DNA of 50,395 nucleotides, the filler included, from Bipalium vagum (lineage: Eukaryota): the NCBI GenBank assembly GCA_037834085.1. It is 3 parts of 3 records of this genome, joined end to end, with 100 filler letters (N's around TTAATTAATTAA, not from the genome) between each part and the next. Parts side by side here need not be neighbours in the genome. Positions count along the whole stretch, not along the records: positions 34,314 to 50,395 come from JBBMKC010127916.1; 2 more parts are not named here. One strand, written 5' to 3'. The notes beneath the pieces were generated by a model. It had not been told where the DNA came from, did not search any database, and saw only the letters and a list, made by a program, of their open reading frames with translations. Of this stretch, positions 37,201 through 49,027 are shown piece after piece; within the stretch, counting starts at the first letter, position 1; the number at the start of each line of letters is the position of its first letter. The position numbers were made by a program, and so were the translations under genes.

Positions 37201-39149
37201 ATCGACAAATCTTCAGGCTTTTATTTTTTTATATTTTTTCTTTTAAAATTTAAGAAAAGGCCGAAAATTATTTCTTTTTCAACACAAAAATGTGGACCAG
37301 TGAAGATAATATTTTTTTCTGAATATTTATTTAGTTATTATTAATGAAATGTATTATTAATAAAATAAATTAAATAATATGAGGGATCTCCGTAAGTCTT
37401 GGATCTTTTAAAGAAAGGTCAAAGATTTGTACACTTTCCGAAGAAATAATGAATGTCCACATAGATTATTCCTTTATCTTAGAGGTTTTCTTACAATATT
37501 TTTCACTCCAATTATTTAAAAAGTTTTTTCAACCTTTCTTCCTGGGAATATAATTTTTACAGTAATTATTTCCAACAACGATCTTACTTATCCCAATTTT
37601 TTTAAGAACCCTTGTAATGTTTTTGTTTATTATTAGACTTGTCCCAAAACCATGAATATATTTTTCAAGAATAAAAAATACTGAATAAATAAATAATTAA
37701 GACAATCATAAAAGAAAGTCTTTTCAATTGCGATAACAATGTCAGAAGTAAAGTGAAAATAATAGAAAGAAAATTACTGGCAAGATTGCACTGATCTAAT
37801 CTTTCATATATACTTTTATATCCAGGAAGTTATGTATATATGTTGGTATAATGTTAAAATAGTTTTCCACTAAAACCTTTGTTTCCAAACAAAGGTATTA
37901 GAGATAAGATGGACCTTTCTGAGGCCTTGTCATTTAAAGACATGACAGCTAACTCACCAAAATTGAAATGTGTCAATAATGATCTGGAATTATTTGTATA
38001 ATGTTTTCGTTTATACAGTATTGTGAACAGTAAATTTTTTTTAGACTCAACTTTTTTTCCAGTAACCAATTCTGAAATTACAAAACCTTTTCAAAATAAT
38101 ACAATCTTGAAACATGTTTCGACCTGTTTCAGTCAATTTTAATATCATACGCAATTATCTTCAAATGATATCACATTCATGATTTTTACAACCTATCCTC
38201 AATATTATTGGATAGAAAATTCTTTGTTTCCTTAAAACATAAAATGCTAATTAATGAAAACAACGATCATCCATCGGTTTCTGCTTTCTTCATTTTGTGA
38301 ATTACTTTTTAAATTTCCTAAATAAAAAAGACCAAAGCATTTCCCAATATTTTATTATAATACATACATATAAATGTACGCACTTTACATGTGTAACGTA
38401 AATTGACTGCAAATGTTAAGTTTTGTATTGGAATCTATTTTATTTATTTTAACTTAGTTTTTCCTTTATTTGGAATGCCAAACGTTTTACACGTTTACAA
38501 TATTCCCAATCTATTTAACATTGTGCTAGATCAATAGAAGTGCCACTGAAACCATTTATTATAAAAATTTAATTTTACATTAACAAGTTGAAAACTATTT
38601 CACGTGGTGACTGAAAAATGTTTGTTTATATATTCTTAAACAACATTTGCAATTTTTTCAAAATAATAATATTTTAGTAAAAATTAGAAAATTGAAATTT
38701 TCTACATAATTATTCAAATTTTTCTTTAACAAGTAACAAGTGTACATTTTTCATATTTAAGAAATTTAAATTATTCAGAAATATTAATAAAATATTATTA
38801 ATAAAAATATTATTAAAAAAAAATATTATTAAAAAAAATATGTCAATAAAACATTAAACAAATAATAATTTTTCCATTATCAGTAAATAGTTAAAATGTT
38901 AATGAAAATATAATTATGCAAAATCGTTAATGCATGAATAAAATTAAAAAATATATAATGAACAAAAAAATTAATCGATAAAAAATGTGAAAAGTTTTAA
39001 GCTAAATTTAATAATTTTTTTTGAAATTAGATAAACAGAAAAAATTGATTATTAAATGTTTGGTTGTTTGGACAAATATTTTCGCTTACAAAATAAAAAA
39101 ATAATTTTAGATATTTTGAAATTAAACAAATAGTTTCAACCAAAAATAA

Positions 39150-39700
39150 TATCGTGAACATTGGAATAATTGTTGTCAAGTGGAGATCAGGTAATAAAAG
39201 GATTTACATCGTTTTCACCTCTGTTTTGACAACGTCAACGTTATTTTTGAAATTGTAAAATTGTATGTTGGTTGTACCATTTTTTTTCTGGAATATCATG
39301 CACTCGTAACAAGGTATTATTTAAAATTTGATATAACAGGGTTGCTATCACACGGAATTCTTTCCAACATTTATCAATAATTTTTGTTAAAGAGATCGAA
39401 CAGTCTTCATCAATCCATTCTTTAATAACATTTTGGTGATCAGCCGAAAACTTTTTTGACCCTAAAGCGCTTCTTTTATTTTTTCATAACTTCCTTGAGT
39501 ATTATATTTCTTTACTATTTCGTGAACTGTGGTTCGTTTGACATTTAAAAATTCTGAAAAGTCGAAATTGATTTCCCTGCCATGTGTGACTCAACCATTC
39601 TCCATAATTGTTCATTTTTACAGTTTGTACTTTGGAAATAATCAAAATAAAAAAATAAATGTTAAAATTAAATTTGCAATGGCAAAATAGAAGTGAAAAC
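39150..39700 (-). mobile_element. IS630-like Tc1-superfamily transposase N-terminal fragment
   Basis: VESHMAGKSIST..FLNVKRTTVHEIVKKYNTQG..KKFSADHQNVIK.WIDEDCSISLTKIIDKC..RVHDIPEKKN. Confidence 0.6.
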
Positions 39701-40689
39701 GGTGTATAGTATAGTGGAATATCTGTGAATGATCTTCGCCCATAGGTAAGATCGCCTGATGATGGTAAGAAATAATAAACCATGATGAAAATATTTTCTC
39801 TCTTATGCAACTTTCACTTTTGCATCGGTTTTTGATTAACTCACGATGTAAAGATCTTGCTTAGCATCGTCAATCTGTTATCAGCCTCTTTTTACTGATT
39901 TCGGCTAAAACATATAGTCTTGAACTGAATCTTCGTGCATTCAATCGTATATCTTCAGTAAAGTGTTTACTTTCAACAATGAAAAATTTTAATTCCCTTT
40001 AAGTCACATTGAGCAGATCTCATCACATTTGGTTCTGATGTTCATTCATTAATTGCGGCGCCCTTCAAAACTATTTACATTTCCGGTTAAACTAATTCAG
40101 CTCAAACTATGTAAAAATTTGATGAGGTAAAACAATCAAAGAAAAAACAAAATTTTTTATTTTATTTATTTAGGTTTTTTATTTTTCAAATAGACACGTT
40201 GTCCCATTGCGAAAATGTCAATAATGTTAAATATAAACCAATGGTGATTATATCTCTTAATAAGTAATTTCATTGTATTTGGTTATCAAATTTGAAAATC
40301 CCAAGCGCTAGTGTGTCTTGTTCAATTCTTATGACATTTCTAATGACAGTAATTATTTTAAATAGTTACAAAAATTTAATGGAACAACGAGCACATATCA
40401 AGCTTTGCTTTAAGTTGGGAAGTAATTCAATGTAAACAAGAGGGTGATTAAGAATGTTCGTTATAAAGATATATCGTGTTCCAGAGTATATTTCAGTGAT
40501 ATTTAATAAGGGTAATCCACCAAAGATCATGATTCTCACAGCTACTGCAAAGCTTGATGTTGAAAATGAATTTAATGGATTGATTGGTACTAAATGATTC
40601 AGAAAAATTTCGAGGCCCAGCGTTCTTCATAAAATCATCATAAGGGTGACTCATAAAAATCGAATGCACAATAACATCAGAAAGTTTTT

Positions 40690-40930
40690 ATGATTTGATG
40701 ACTATTGAAGTCTTGCCTATGATTTGTAACAAAATGCGGTCGTGTCAGAATGGGACTGCAAATGGACAGTGCTTGCCCACACATTGAAAAGAATAATGTT
40801 GAACGCTTCAATGACTTCGGACATAGTCTTGTTCCCAGTATAATCACTATTAACCAACCAGCAATCTCCAGATTTAAATGCAAACGACATCGGTTTTTTC
40901 ACGTCTCTCAATAAGTGAGTTTTTACGAAT
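40690..40930 (-). mobile_element. Merlin (ISXO2-like) transposase fragment
   Basis: RDVKKPM..KSGDCWLV..NKTMSEVIE..IILFNVWASTVHL..FVTNHRQDF, compare Merlin IISD.W.AY..L..H..VNHS.NF. Confidence 0.5.
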
Positions 40931-41269
40931 AAATGTAAAATTTTTGACTAATTTTAGTTTTCATTATAAGAGAATTTCTGGTCAACTAAAGCCGGTCCTA
41001 TTTTTGAAAGCAAATCTCGGATAGTAACGAAAATTATAAAGCTGAAAGGTTTAAATGTTAATTTAACACATTCGTTATAATAAACTTTATTAATATTATT
41101 TGTCTTATTTTATTATAATTAATTTTACCAAATTTGGTTTTTTATGGTAAGTCTATTTTAAATTTACGTATTTTGTTTAACTATGTAAAATAAATTTATA
41201 AATTGCGCTGTTTCAAAAAGATTTTATATTAAATTAAGGTGTTTTGTATATATATTTAGCTGTCATTAT

Positions 41270-42240
41270 GATGTTACACATGGAAAGGTTATTGCACTTA
41301 AAAAAGGTTACATTGGCAGAGATATTGGAAGAAAATTAGGAATACATCATACAACTGTATCTAGATTCTTTAAGAAATTTTTAGTTATCGAATAATGTAA
41401 TCTGTAGGAAAAAAAAGCTGACTGCAAGAGAATGCCGATTTTTAAAAAGACTTGCAAAGATAAAAAAGCTTGGAGTTCGACAGTTGATAACAAATTTAAT
41501 GAAGAATTGAGAGTTAATGTAGGTAGAACTACGGTAATTGTCAGATTATCAGAAGGCATAGAAAAGCTCAAACCACCAAGAAAGTCATTATATATATATT
41601 ATTAAATTATTTCTTATATCTTAAAGAGGAAAGAATTTTATAAAACACATGATCGACTAATCAATGGTCTAACATAATTTTTTCTGATAAAAAGGTTAAA
41701 GTATTCGGAGATTATGGATAGCAGAAGATGAGAAAAAATTCAAGATTGTATAACTTTAACTGAAAACATTTCTGATAGCGTTATGATTTTGGGCTGTTTA
41801 ACCAGTAAATGTGTGAGAGGACTTCAATTTTGTGAGGATCCTGTTAATTCTGATATTTATTATATAAATATTTTAGAAAGACTTATAAAATTTAGCTGGA
41901 GATTACTTTACTGGTATTAATTTAGATTATTTTAAATTTCCAGTCGACAATGCACGTTGTCATATATCAAAAGCAGTTAAAAATGGTTGTCTAATGAAGA
42001 TATTCCAACACTTTTCTGGCCTCCTAGCAGCCCAGATCTGAACCAAATGGAAAATATGTGGAGGATAATAAGCAAAAAATTCATTTTAAAGACTTACAGA
42101 CAAAATTGAGATAATTTCAGCAATACTTAAAGTGTGAAATAGTGAATTATCTATTGATTTGTGCAAAAGGTTGATATTTTCTATGCCAAATATGCTAAGA
42201 GAACTTAAAGTAAAAAGGTAGACAGACAAAATATTAAGTA
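41270..42240 (+). mobile_element. Degraded Tc1 transposase
   Basis: GKVIAL..GYIGRDIGRKLGIHHTTVSRFFKKF; WSNIIFSD; SVMILGCLT; DNARCHISKAV..WLSNEDIPTLFWPPSSPDLNQMENMW; LCKRLIFSMP. Confidence 0.85.
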
Positions 42241-42473
42241 TTTGTTCCAGTTTGTGCATTTTTTCTAGTTTGTATTGTTTTATAAATAATAAAGTAAAAA
42301 ACTGAAACAATGCATTATAGCAGTAGCGGTGCTCATTTTCCCGGACGAATTCTATTAATATCATTGTTTGAGGAAGTCAGATGATAGATGGAAAATATTA
42401 TATAGAAAAATATTAGGCAAGTCTGCTCAGAATATCGTGATGAAATGCCATAATCATTTTTACATGACAAATA

Positions 42474-42553
42474 TCAGGTTGTGTAGTATGAAATTTGTAG
42501 GTAATGTATGAATGTAGGTATTCATTTTACAAATTTCATACTACACAACCTGA
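42474..42553 (+). mobile_element. 80-bp minimal MITE of the same family as 22373-22597
   Basis: Identical perfect 26-bp TIRs, TA flanks and a 28-bp interior. Subterminal sequences match the 225-bp copy in the opposite orientation. Confidence 0.9.
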
Positions 42554-43250
42554 TATATTACACATAAATAAATATAAAGTTTTACACGAGTTGGGTATTC
42601 ATCATATTTAGCACCAAATGTCTTCAAATTATTACAAAGTTATTAATTTTCTATAAAGGAACACTATTGAAGACATCAAAAAGGCCGTATACAAGGATTT
42701 GGTAAATATTTTTAAAGAGGATTACCAACATTCGTTTGAAATATTTTATAATCGTTTCCAAAGCTGTACTGAATCCTTAGGAATGTATTTTAAATAACCG
42801 TTTGTAAACATCTGCTCATTTTACGATCTATTTTTCATTTCACACCAGCCACATTTCCCATGGGAAACACCGTATAATTTGCAATAAAATCTTCAAAATA
42901 TTCTTTACTCAAGAATGTTCCAAGAAACCTAATATTCATTAAAATTCACATTTAAAATGACCATTTAATTTTTTTTCGAATGTTTTTCTTTTAAACAATG
43001 AAGAATAATAAAAAATATTAATTAAAATTAATATAATTAATTTAGAATTAGTTTAATTAATTTAAAATCGATTTAATTAATATAGAGTTAATTAAATTAA
43101 CCTAATATTAATTTATTAATTAATAAAAAATTAAATAATCGATCAACCTTTTGATCTTTCAATAACAGTTTAAATCAGATGAGATTTTCCAATAGTATTG
43201 AAAAAATAAAATATCATTTTTCAAACAAGAAAACTGCTGATACATAGAAA

Positions 43251-43252
<2 letters not shown>

Positions 43253-43290
<38 letters not shown>
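43253..43290. repeat. (AAT)n microsatellite
   Basis: Uninterrupted AAT run. Confidence 0.9.
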
Positions 43291-44689
43291 CAACGCGGTT
43301 GTTTTAATCAATAAATGAATGAAAAATGAAAAAAAATTACAATTTTTAATAATAAAAATAAATGAGAAATGAAATTTGGAAGGTTATTGTGTAATCTCAA
43401 TGGGTTGAGGTAGAAATGAAAGCTCTTAAATTTAATTTTAATTGATAATTAAAATATTATTATTGACATTTTTTGCTTATTAAACAATCACAAGAGACTT
43501 CCTGAATTGTCATATCTTATTTATTTCAATGGGAATTTTTTTCAAAACTGACTTGATTTAATGGTGTACTTTCTACAATAAAAAGATAGATTTTATGAAA
43601 ACTAAAACGGGATTTATTTATAAATTTTTAGCAAAATTTCAATTAAAATTCATCTCTGTTCCACGGCAGTCAATGAGACTCAATGAAGTAATGAGAATCA
43701 GTATAATGTTCCTATTATGGTTTTATGATTTATTAATTCCTTCATAATATTTCATAAGCAAATTTTATGAAAGGAAAATTTTGGGATTTATGTTGTCCAT
43801 GAGATAAGTTTTAATAATTTAGAGCTCTATGTTTATTTTTTTAGAAAATTATTTTCTTTTTTTACCTTAAAATTAAATATAATAATAATAATGATAATTA
43901 TAATAATAATAAAAAAAATAATAAAAAAAAATAATAAAAATAATAATCATAATAATAATCAAATTTTTCATCAAATTTTCTTAGCTTTTGTGGAAGAAAA
44001 TTAATTGATTTTAATTTAATATAATTAAATAGAATATTTCATGTTATTTTATGTCATGTTTATTATGTGGACCAGAAAAATCATTTAATATTGATTAATA
44101 ATATAAAATTCAATATAAATATAAAATATATAAAATAAAATAAGAATTATTTTTATTTTTATTTATTGGATTTTTGAAAATTTTTTAATGGTTTTGCAAT
44201 TACAGTAAAACTGAATATATTGGTTACTGAAAATAAGACACAGGGTTGGTAGGTGTGACAGAAACGTTCGCAAAATGTTAAAACTCTTCTTACATTTTCT
44301 GTTGAAAAAATACCATGATTACATTAGGCTTAGGACCATTAGTTTCACATTTCTAAATGATACTCTTCATTCTCTTGAAACCTGGAACCTTACAGTTTTT
44401 CGTTTTTGTCTCACAGACTTCATTATAATTATAATTAATATCCTTTGGTATTGATAATCATTATACAGGAATATAACTCTTAACTCAACATTACGGTTTC
44501 TATAAGTATAATGAACTGCCGAAAATGTGAAGGATTGTGTTTTTTTGGTATTTTAACGAAATAAATCAATCGGGGTCTGTAACAAGAATGGAAAATAAAA
44601 TATCTTTATTTTTATAATATAGTGCCTTATTAATATTACAAAAAATAAATGTTTAAAAATTTATTGAGAAGTATTTTTTTTAAATATTA

Positions 44690-45030
44690 CACGTGCGACC
44701 ATGTTTAAATTCTGCGCACCAATATCTTACCAAAAAATCTGATGGAGCATCTTCGCCATAATGTTTTTTCAGCTTTTTCGATGTTTCTTGGTCGTTTTCC
44801 CTTTTAGGAAGTAGTATTTAAAAACTACACGAAATTCATGTTGGTCCATTTTTCCTATATTTAAAAAATCGATAATTTCAATTGATTGAAACAAATAAAC
44901 AAACACATCTATCAATATAAAAATTTGATATTGTTTATTTAGATGGTTGTACTCTTTAATAATTTAGTTGATTTTATTTTTTTGTAACTAGACTATTTGG
45001 TTAGGTAGCCTACTTATCAATCCACCCTGG
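44690..45030 (-). mobile_element. 5' fragment of an irritans (Himar1-like) mariner
   Basis: TIR-like ccagggtggattgataagt; ATG at 44849 gives MDQHEFRVVFKYYFLKGKTT..KLKKHYGEDAPS..RYWCAEFKHGRT. Confidence 0.75.
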
Positions 45031-45621
45031 CATTAAGTATTATAGAATTTAATACCTTAAAAATTATTTTAATAAAGTAACAATGTTTAAATTTAAAGGT
45101 AAAGGTATTTTTCAAAGTTCATAATGACATTAAAATTCCGTGGTTGATAAGTTTTGTTTCAATATTAAGATTATTGATATTACTTAATAAATCATTAAAA
45201 ATATCTTCTCTTATGGATTACATCTCGACAGATGTTAAGATTGCGACCACAACAGGAATTGAATCGAAAAACATCATAAAAATGAATAATTTTCTAAAGA
45301 AAATGATACTAATAAAAGTGAAGCTTATTACAGGTAAGCCTCTAATTAACGAACACCAAGTTAGAAATTTTTACTGATGTTCGTTACAGAAAGGAACGAA
45401 AATGTGTTACACAATAGCAAAAACTTAAAAAATATTACACAATAATCGTTAAAATATCAGTGTAAAGTATATTAATTATTTATTTTGTAAAACAAAATAA
45501 TCAAACAAAGTGGAATTTCTTCATTTTCTTTCCATCAAAACCGACTGTTTTAATCGATAAATGAGTTCCAAATCTTCTGGTCGATTTTCAGCGAAAAAGC
45601 GTTCTAATTTTTCAGTTAATA

Positions 45622-46196
45622 CAGGTTCTTCCAAAAGAAGCTTTACTACTCTTAACATATTAAATACTAAGTAGTTTTTGTTCAAATAAATTAATATTTA
45701 ACATTATTCTACCTAAACATTTGAAAATTAAATATGGGTCATTGTAATATGCAACAACGTGGAGAAATTGTCAAAATATTTTATCAAGGCGGTAGTTCAA
45801 TTTCAGTAACCGTTAAAAAATTAAATGCAAAATTTGTTGATTGGCCTCCCAGATATCCCGATTTGACCTCTCCAGACTATTTCTTAGGGGGATATCTAAA
45901 AGATAAAGTTTATATTAATCAACCAAAAACTATTACATAACTCAAAGACAGCATTTCGTAACAAATCGCTATGATCTCAATTGACTTATGCCAAAAAGTT
46001 ATGCAAAATTCCATAAAAATAGCCCAAACTTGTAAGGCTGCCAGAGGCGGTCATTTTAATGTTGTCATATTTAAAAGGAAAATTTTTGTAATATCTGTGT
46101 TTAAATAAAGGTATAAATAAAATTACTTGGCTTTTTAATTTTTATGCACGGAGAAATAGAGATTTAAAGTAGTATAGCTTCTTTTGGAAGATCCTG
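45622..46196 (+). mobile_element. 575-bp internally deleted rosa/maT-like Tc1/mariner element
   Basis: 29-bp TIRs cagg[t/a]tcttccaaaagaagct[t/a]tactact with TA flanks. ORF 45734 fuses the N-terminus (QQRGEIVKIFYQGGSSISVT) in frame to the C-terminus (WPPRYPDLTSPDYFLGGYLKDKVYINQPKT..CKAARGGHF). Confidence 0.88.
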
Positions 46197-46219
46197 TATA
46201 ATATACAGTGTATATTATG

Positions 46220-46782
46220 AATTGAACCTGGAAGTTCAATTACAAAAAATTTTAAGAGAAAACAACGGTTAAAAAGATAATGACAACAGTTTTTAAGGAT
46301 GCGAAGGGTATTCTGCTGATAGATTACTTTAAAAAAGGCAAAACTATTAACTTCGAATACTATGCAAAGCAATAATTATTATTTGGCGCAATGATTCGAG
46401 AAAAAAGGCTTGTTTAAAAAATCAATATAATCCACATGCTGTTGAGTGTCTGTCAATGGCAAAAATCAAAGAATTAAATTATTATTTCTTTGAACAATCA
46501 CTTTATTCCCAGATTTTTCTCCAAGTGACTTCTACTATTTCAGAAACTTAAAACAATTTCTCCGGGGAAAGTCTTTTCATCAAACGAATAATCTATGGCA
46601 GCCGCAGACCGTATTTGAACATCTTCTTGGATCGCACTTCAAACAAAGCATAGAATAATTGGAAAAGAAATGAACTAAGTGTGTTGCATTTTTAGGAGAC
46701 CATGTTCAATAATAAAACCAATATCAATAAAAAAAATCACGTTGTTTCAAATTCGCTTTCATAACATTTCACGCAACCTTTA
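46220..46782 (+). mobile_element. 3' fragment of an irritans (Himar1-like) mariner
   Basis: KKIMTTVFKDAKGILLIDYFKKGKTINFEYYA; MAKIKELNYYFFEQSLYSPDFSPSDFY; KCVAFLGDHVQ. Confidence 0.75.
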
Positions 46783-47279
46783 ATTACAAATTAATTACAA
46801 TTTGAGATTCGTTAAAACAAAAGCCATGTTTGCCTAATGATATTTTTAAAATTTTCCCTGGAAAAATAATTTTATTTTACATTCTTTAATGCATTTTTAA
46901 AGTTCTACTTTGCAAAATTGTACTTTTATCAATGAAAAAAAAATTATTTTATTAATATTATTATCATTATATTATTTTATTGAATTGATCATTTTATGCC
47001 TTTAGTTACAAAAAGTTAATTACTTTGAAAAGTAGATGTAAAAGGATATGTCTCATATTTTATGATCCATCATTGACGAACAATCGCTGTTGTTAATTTC
47101 CTGTGGATCATTTTTTATTACGTAACGAAGAATTAAGAATATATTTGGTAAATAATAACTGCTCATAATCAATCTAATATTGAATTCATCGTGCGTTTGG
47201 TGACTTGACCTACCAGAGCCCCGAAGAAAGAGTCTGCTTTTAATGGTGTTCCGATCATTTGCTGTGCCATCAATTCTCC

Positions 47280-47530
47280 CTTTGACGAAATTGCAATCAA
47301 AGGATTAATTGTTGGAATAATTTCAGATTTGATTAACGATTATTGCCCTATCTTTCGATTGAGAACAGTTATGGACGACGAACGAGCACGGAGACATACC
47401 GACTTGCAGACTCTGTCACAGACAGGTTGGATTTCTGCGATTCCCAGGAACTGTCAGAATGAGTTGGCATTCCAAGAGAAGATTTATTAAGAGACTGCAA
47501 TCACCAGCTCGGATTGTGGAATATTTTAAT
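47280..47530 (-). mobile_element. Possible hAT transposase C-terminal (dimerisation) relic
   Basis: Decayed minus-strand peptide resembling STYLCE..FSS...K...NRL; weak. Confidence 0.25.
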
Positions 47531-47959
47531 TGTTTCCCATTAATCATATTTATGTCCTACCAAATTAAAATTACATTCATTATTAAGAGTGAATGATCCT
47601 TTGGAACATTTTCTCTTCAATTTTGGAATTTTATTTTTTACAATTTCTGGTGGTCAGTTCCAAAAATTAATAAATTGTGAATTTTGATAAAATAACTTTA
47701 TGGAGTACGGGTATCGCATGGTGTCCATATATAAGTAGAAGATTGGTATTGTGAAACTCTTAAGATATAGAGTGTCTTTTGACAAAATGGGTCTTTAATC
47801 AAATAAAGGCAGTTCGAAATTGAAGGGTATCTAAAAAGATAGGTTGACTTAGACTGTAGCCTAAAACAAATATTTTAAGAGAATAAAAACGTGACCAATT
47901 AAATGGAACTTAATTTAAATATTTTGAAAAATAATTAAATTTATTCAAACATTAATTTT

Positions 47960-49027
47960 AAATAAAAAATTATTTTGTGATTCAAAATGTCAATATTCAT
48001 CCCAAATACACGAAATTTGCGGAAAGTAATTCTACATTACTTCTTTGCCAAGAAAACTGCAGCGGAAACGTACCGCTTGTTTCGAGATGCCTATGGAGAA
48101 CATGCTCCTTCGATGACCACATGTAAAGATTGGTTTTGTCGTTTTAGAAATGATCAATATGATACAAACGATAAGGAGCATGGGAAGCCACAAAAACAAT
48201 GTGAAGATAGAGATTTGAGATGTGACTCAACAATGCATTTCAAAACATTTGGCAGCTTTAGGAATTATTCAAAAATTAGGAATTTGGATCCCACACGAAT
48301 TGACAGAGAGATGCATTGAACGGCAAAAAACAAATTGTGATGTCCTTCTTCAGAGACAAAAAAGGAAAAGTTTTTTGCATTGAATTATTACACGAGACGA
48401 AAAATGGATTCTTCATGATAATCCAAAAAGCAAAGCAGCTTGGGTGATGCCAGGTGAACCAGGTCCATGAACACCGAAACAAAATGTCAACGGTTTGAAA
48501 GTTTTGTTGTGTATCTGGTGGGATCAGAAAGGAGTGATCTATTATGAATTTTTAAAATCATCTTGTCAATCACTAATTGAACTTTATCGATCACAATTAA
48601 TTCGCTTGAAGCAAGCTTTGAATGAAGAACTACCGGAATGGATGACTAGACAGGAAAAGATAATTTTACAACATGATAACGCAAGACTACACGTTAATTC
48701 AGTTGTAAATAATTTCTTAGAAAGTACAAAGTGGGAAGTCTTCCCTCACCCGCCCTGTTCACCAGACATCGTTCCTTCAGATTACCATTTGTTCCGCTCT
48801 TCACAATCAGTACTTTCCGGAAAGCGGTTCAGTTCCCTTGAAGACCTCCAAAATTGGATTGACAGCTAGATTTCATAAAAAGACCCAGAGTTTTTCTTTC
48901 ATGGAATTCAGGACAATGATTGTAACTTCCAATAGAACATATTTTCAATAAATGATTTTAAATAAAATTTCTAATAAATATCTTTTTTTCCTTTTTAAAA
49001 AAGCCAGGGTCATAGTTGTACACTTAA
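47960..49027 (+). mobile_element. Second copy of the Mos1-like mariner (5' TIR lost), DD34D
   Basis: ORFs 47987 (MSIFIPNT..KKTAAETYRL..DKEHGKP) and 48495 (CIWWDQKGVIYYE..HDNA..HPPCSPDIVPSDYHLF, 34-aa D-to-D spacing). The right TIR ..agccagggtcatagttgtacacttaa followed by TA matches the 3971-5180 element. Confidence 0.9.

Larger units (their letters stand above)
40195..42873 (+). mobile_element. Old mariner split by nested insertions (5' part about 40195-40520, 3' part about 42590-42873)
   Basis: 5' part reads MEQRAHIKLCFKLG at 40379. 3' part reads YLAPNVFKL..EDIKKAV..KEDYQHSFE..NRFQSCTESLGMYF. The ends are weakly similar inverted sequences (acgttgtcccattgcgaaaatgt / acatttcccatgggaaacaccgt). 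Confidence 0.45.

Noticed and set aside
37380-38100. Coding-like minus-strand patches (LINE endonuclease- or piggyBac-like); similar patches at 14010-14230, 32570-33000, 44240-44580, 49380-49540 and 50190-50350
   Set aside because: Probably TE debris, but too decayed to assign without a search.
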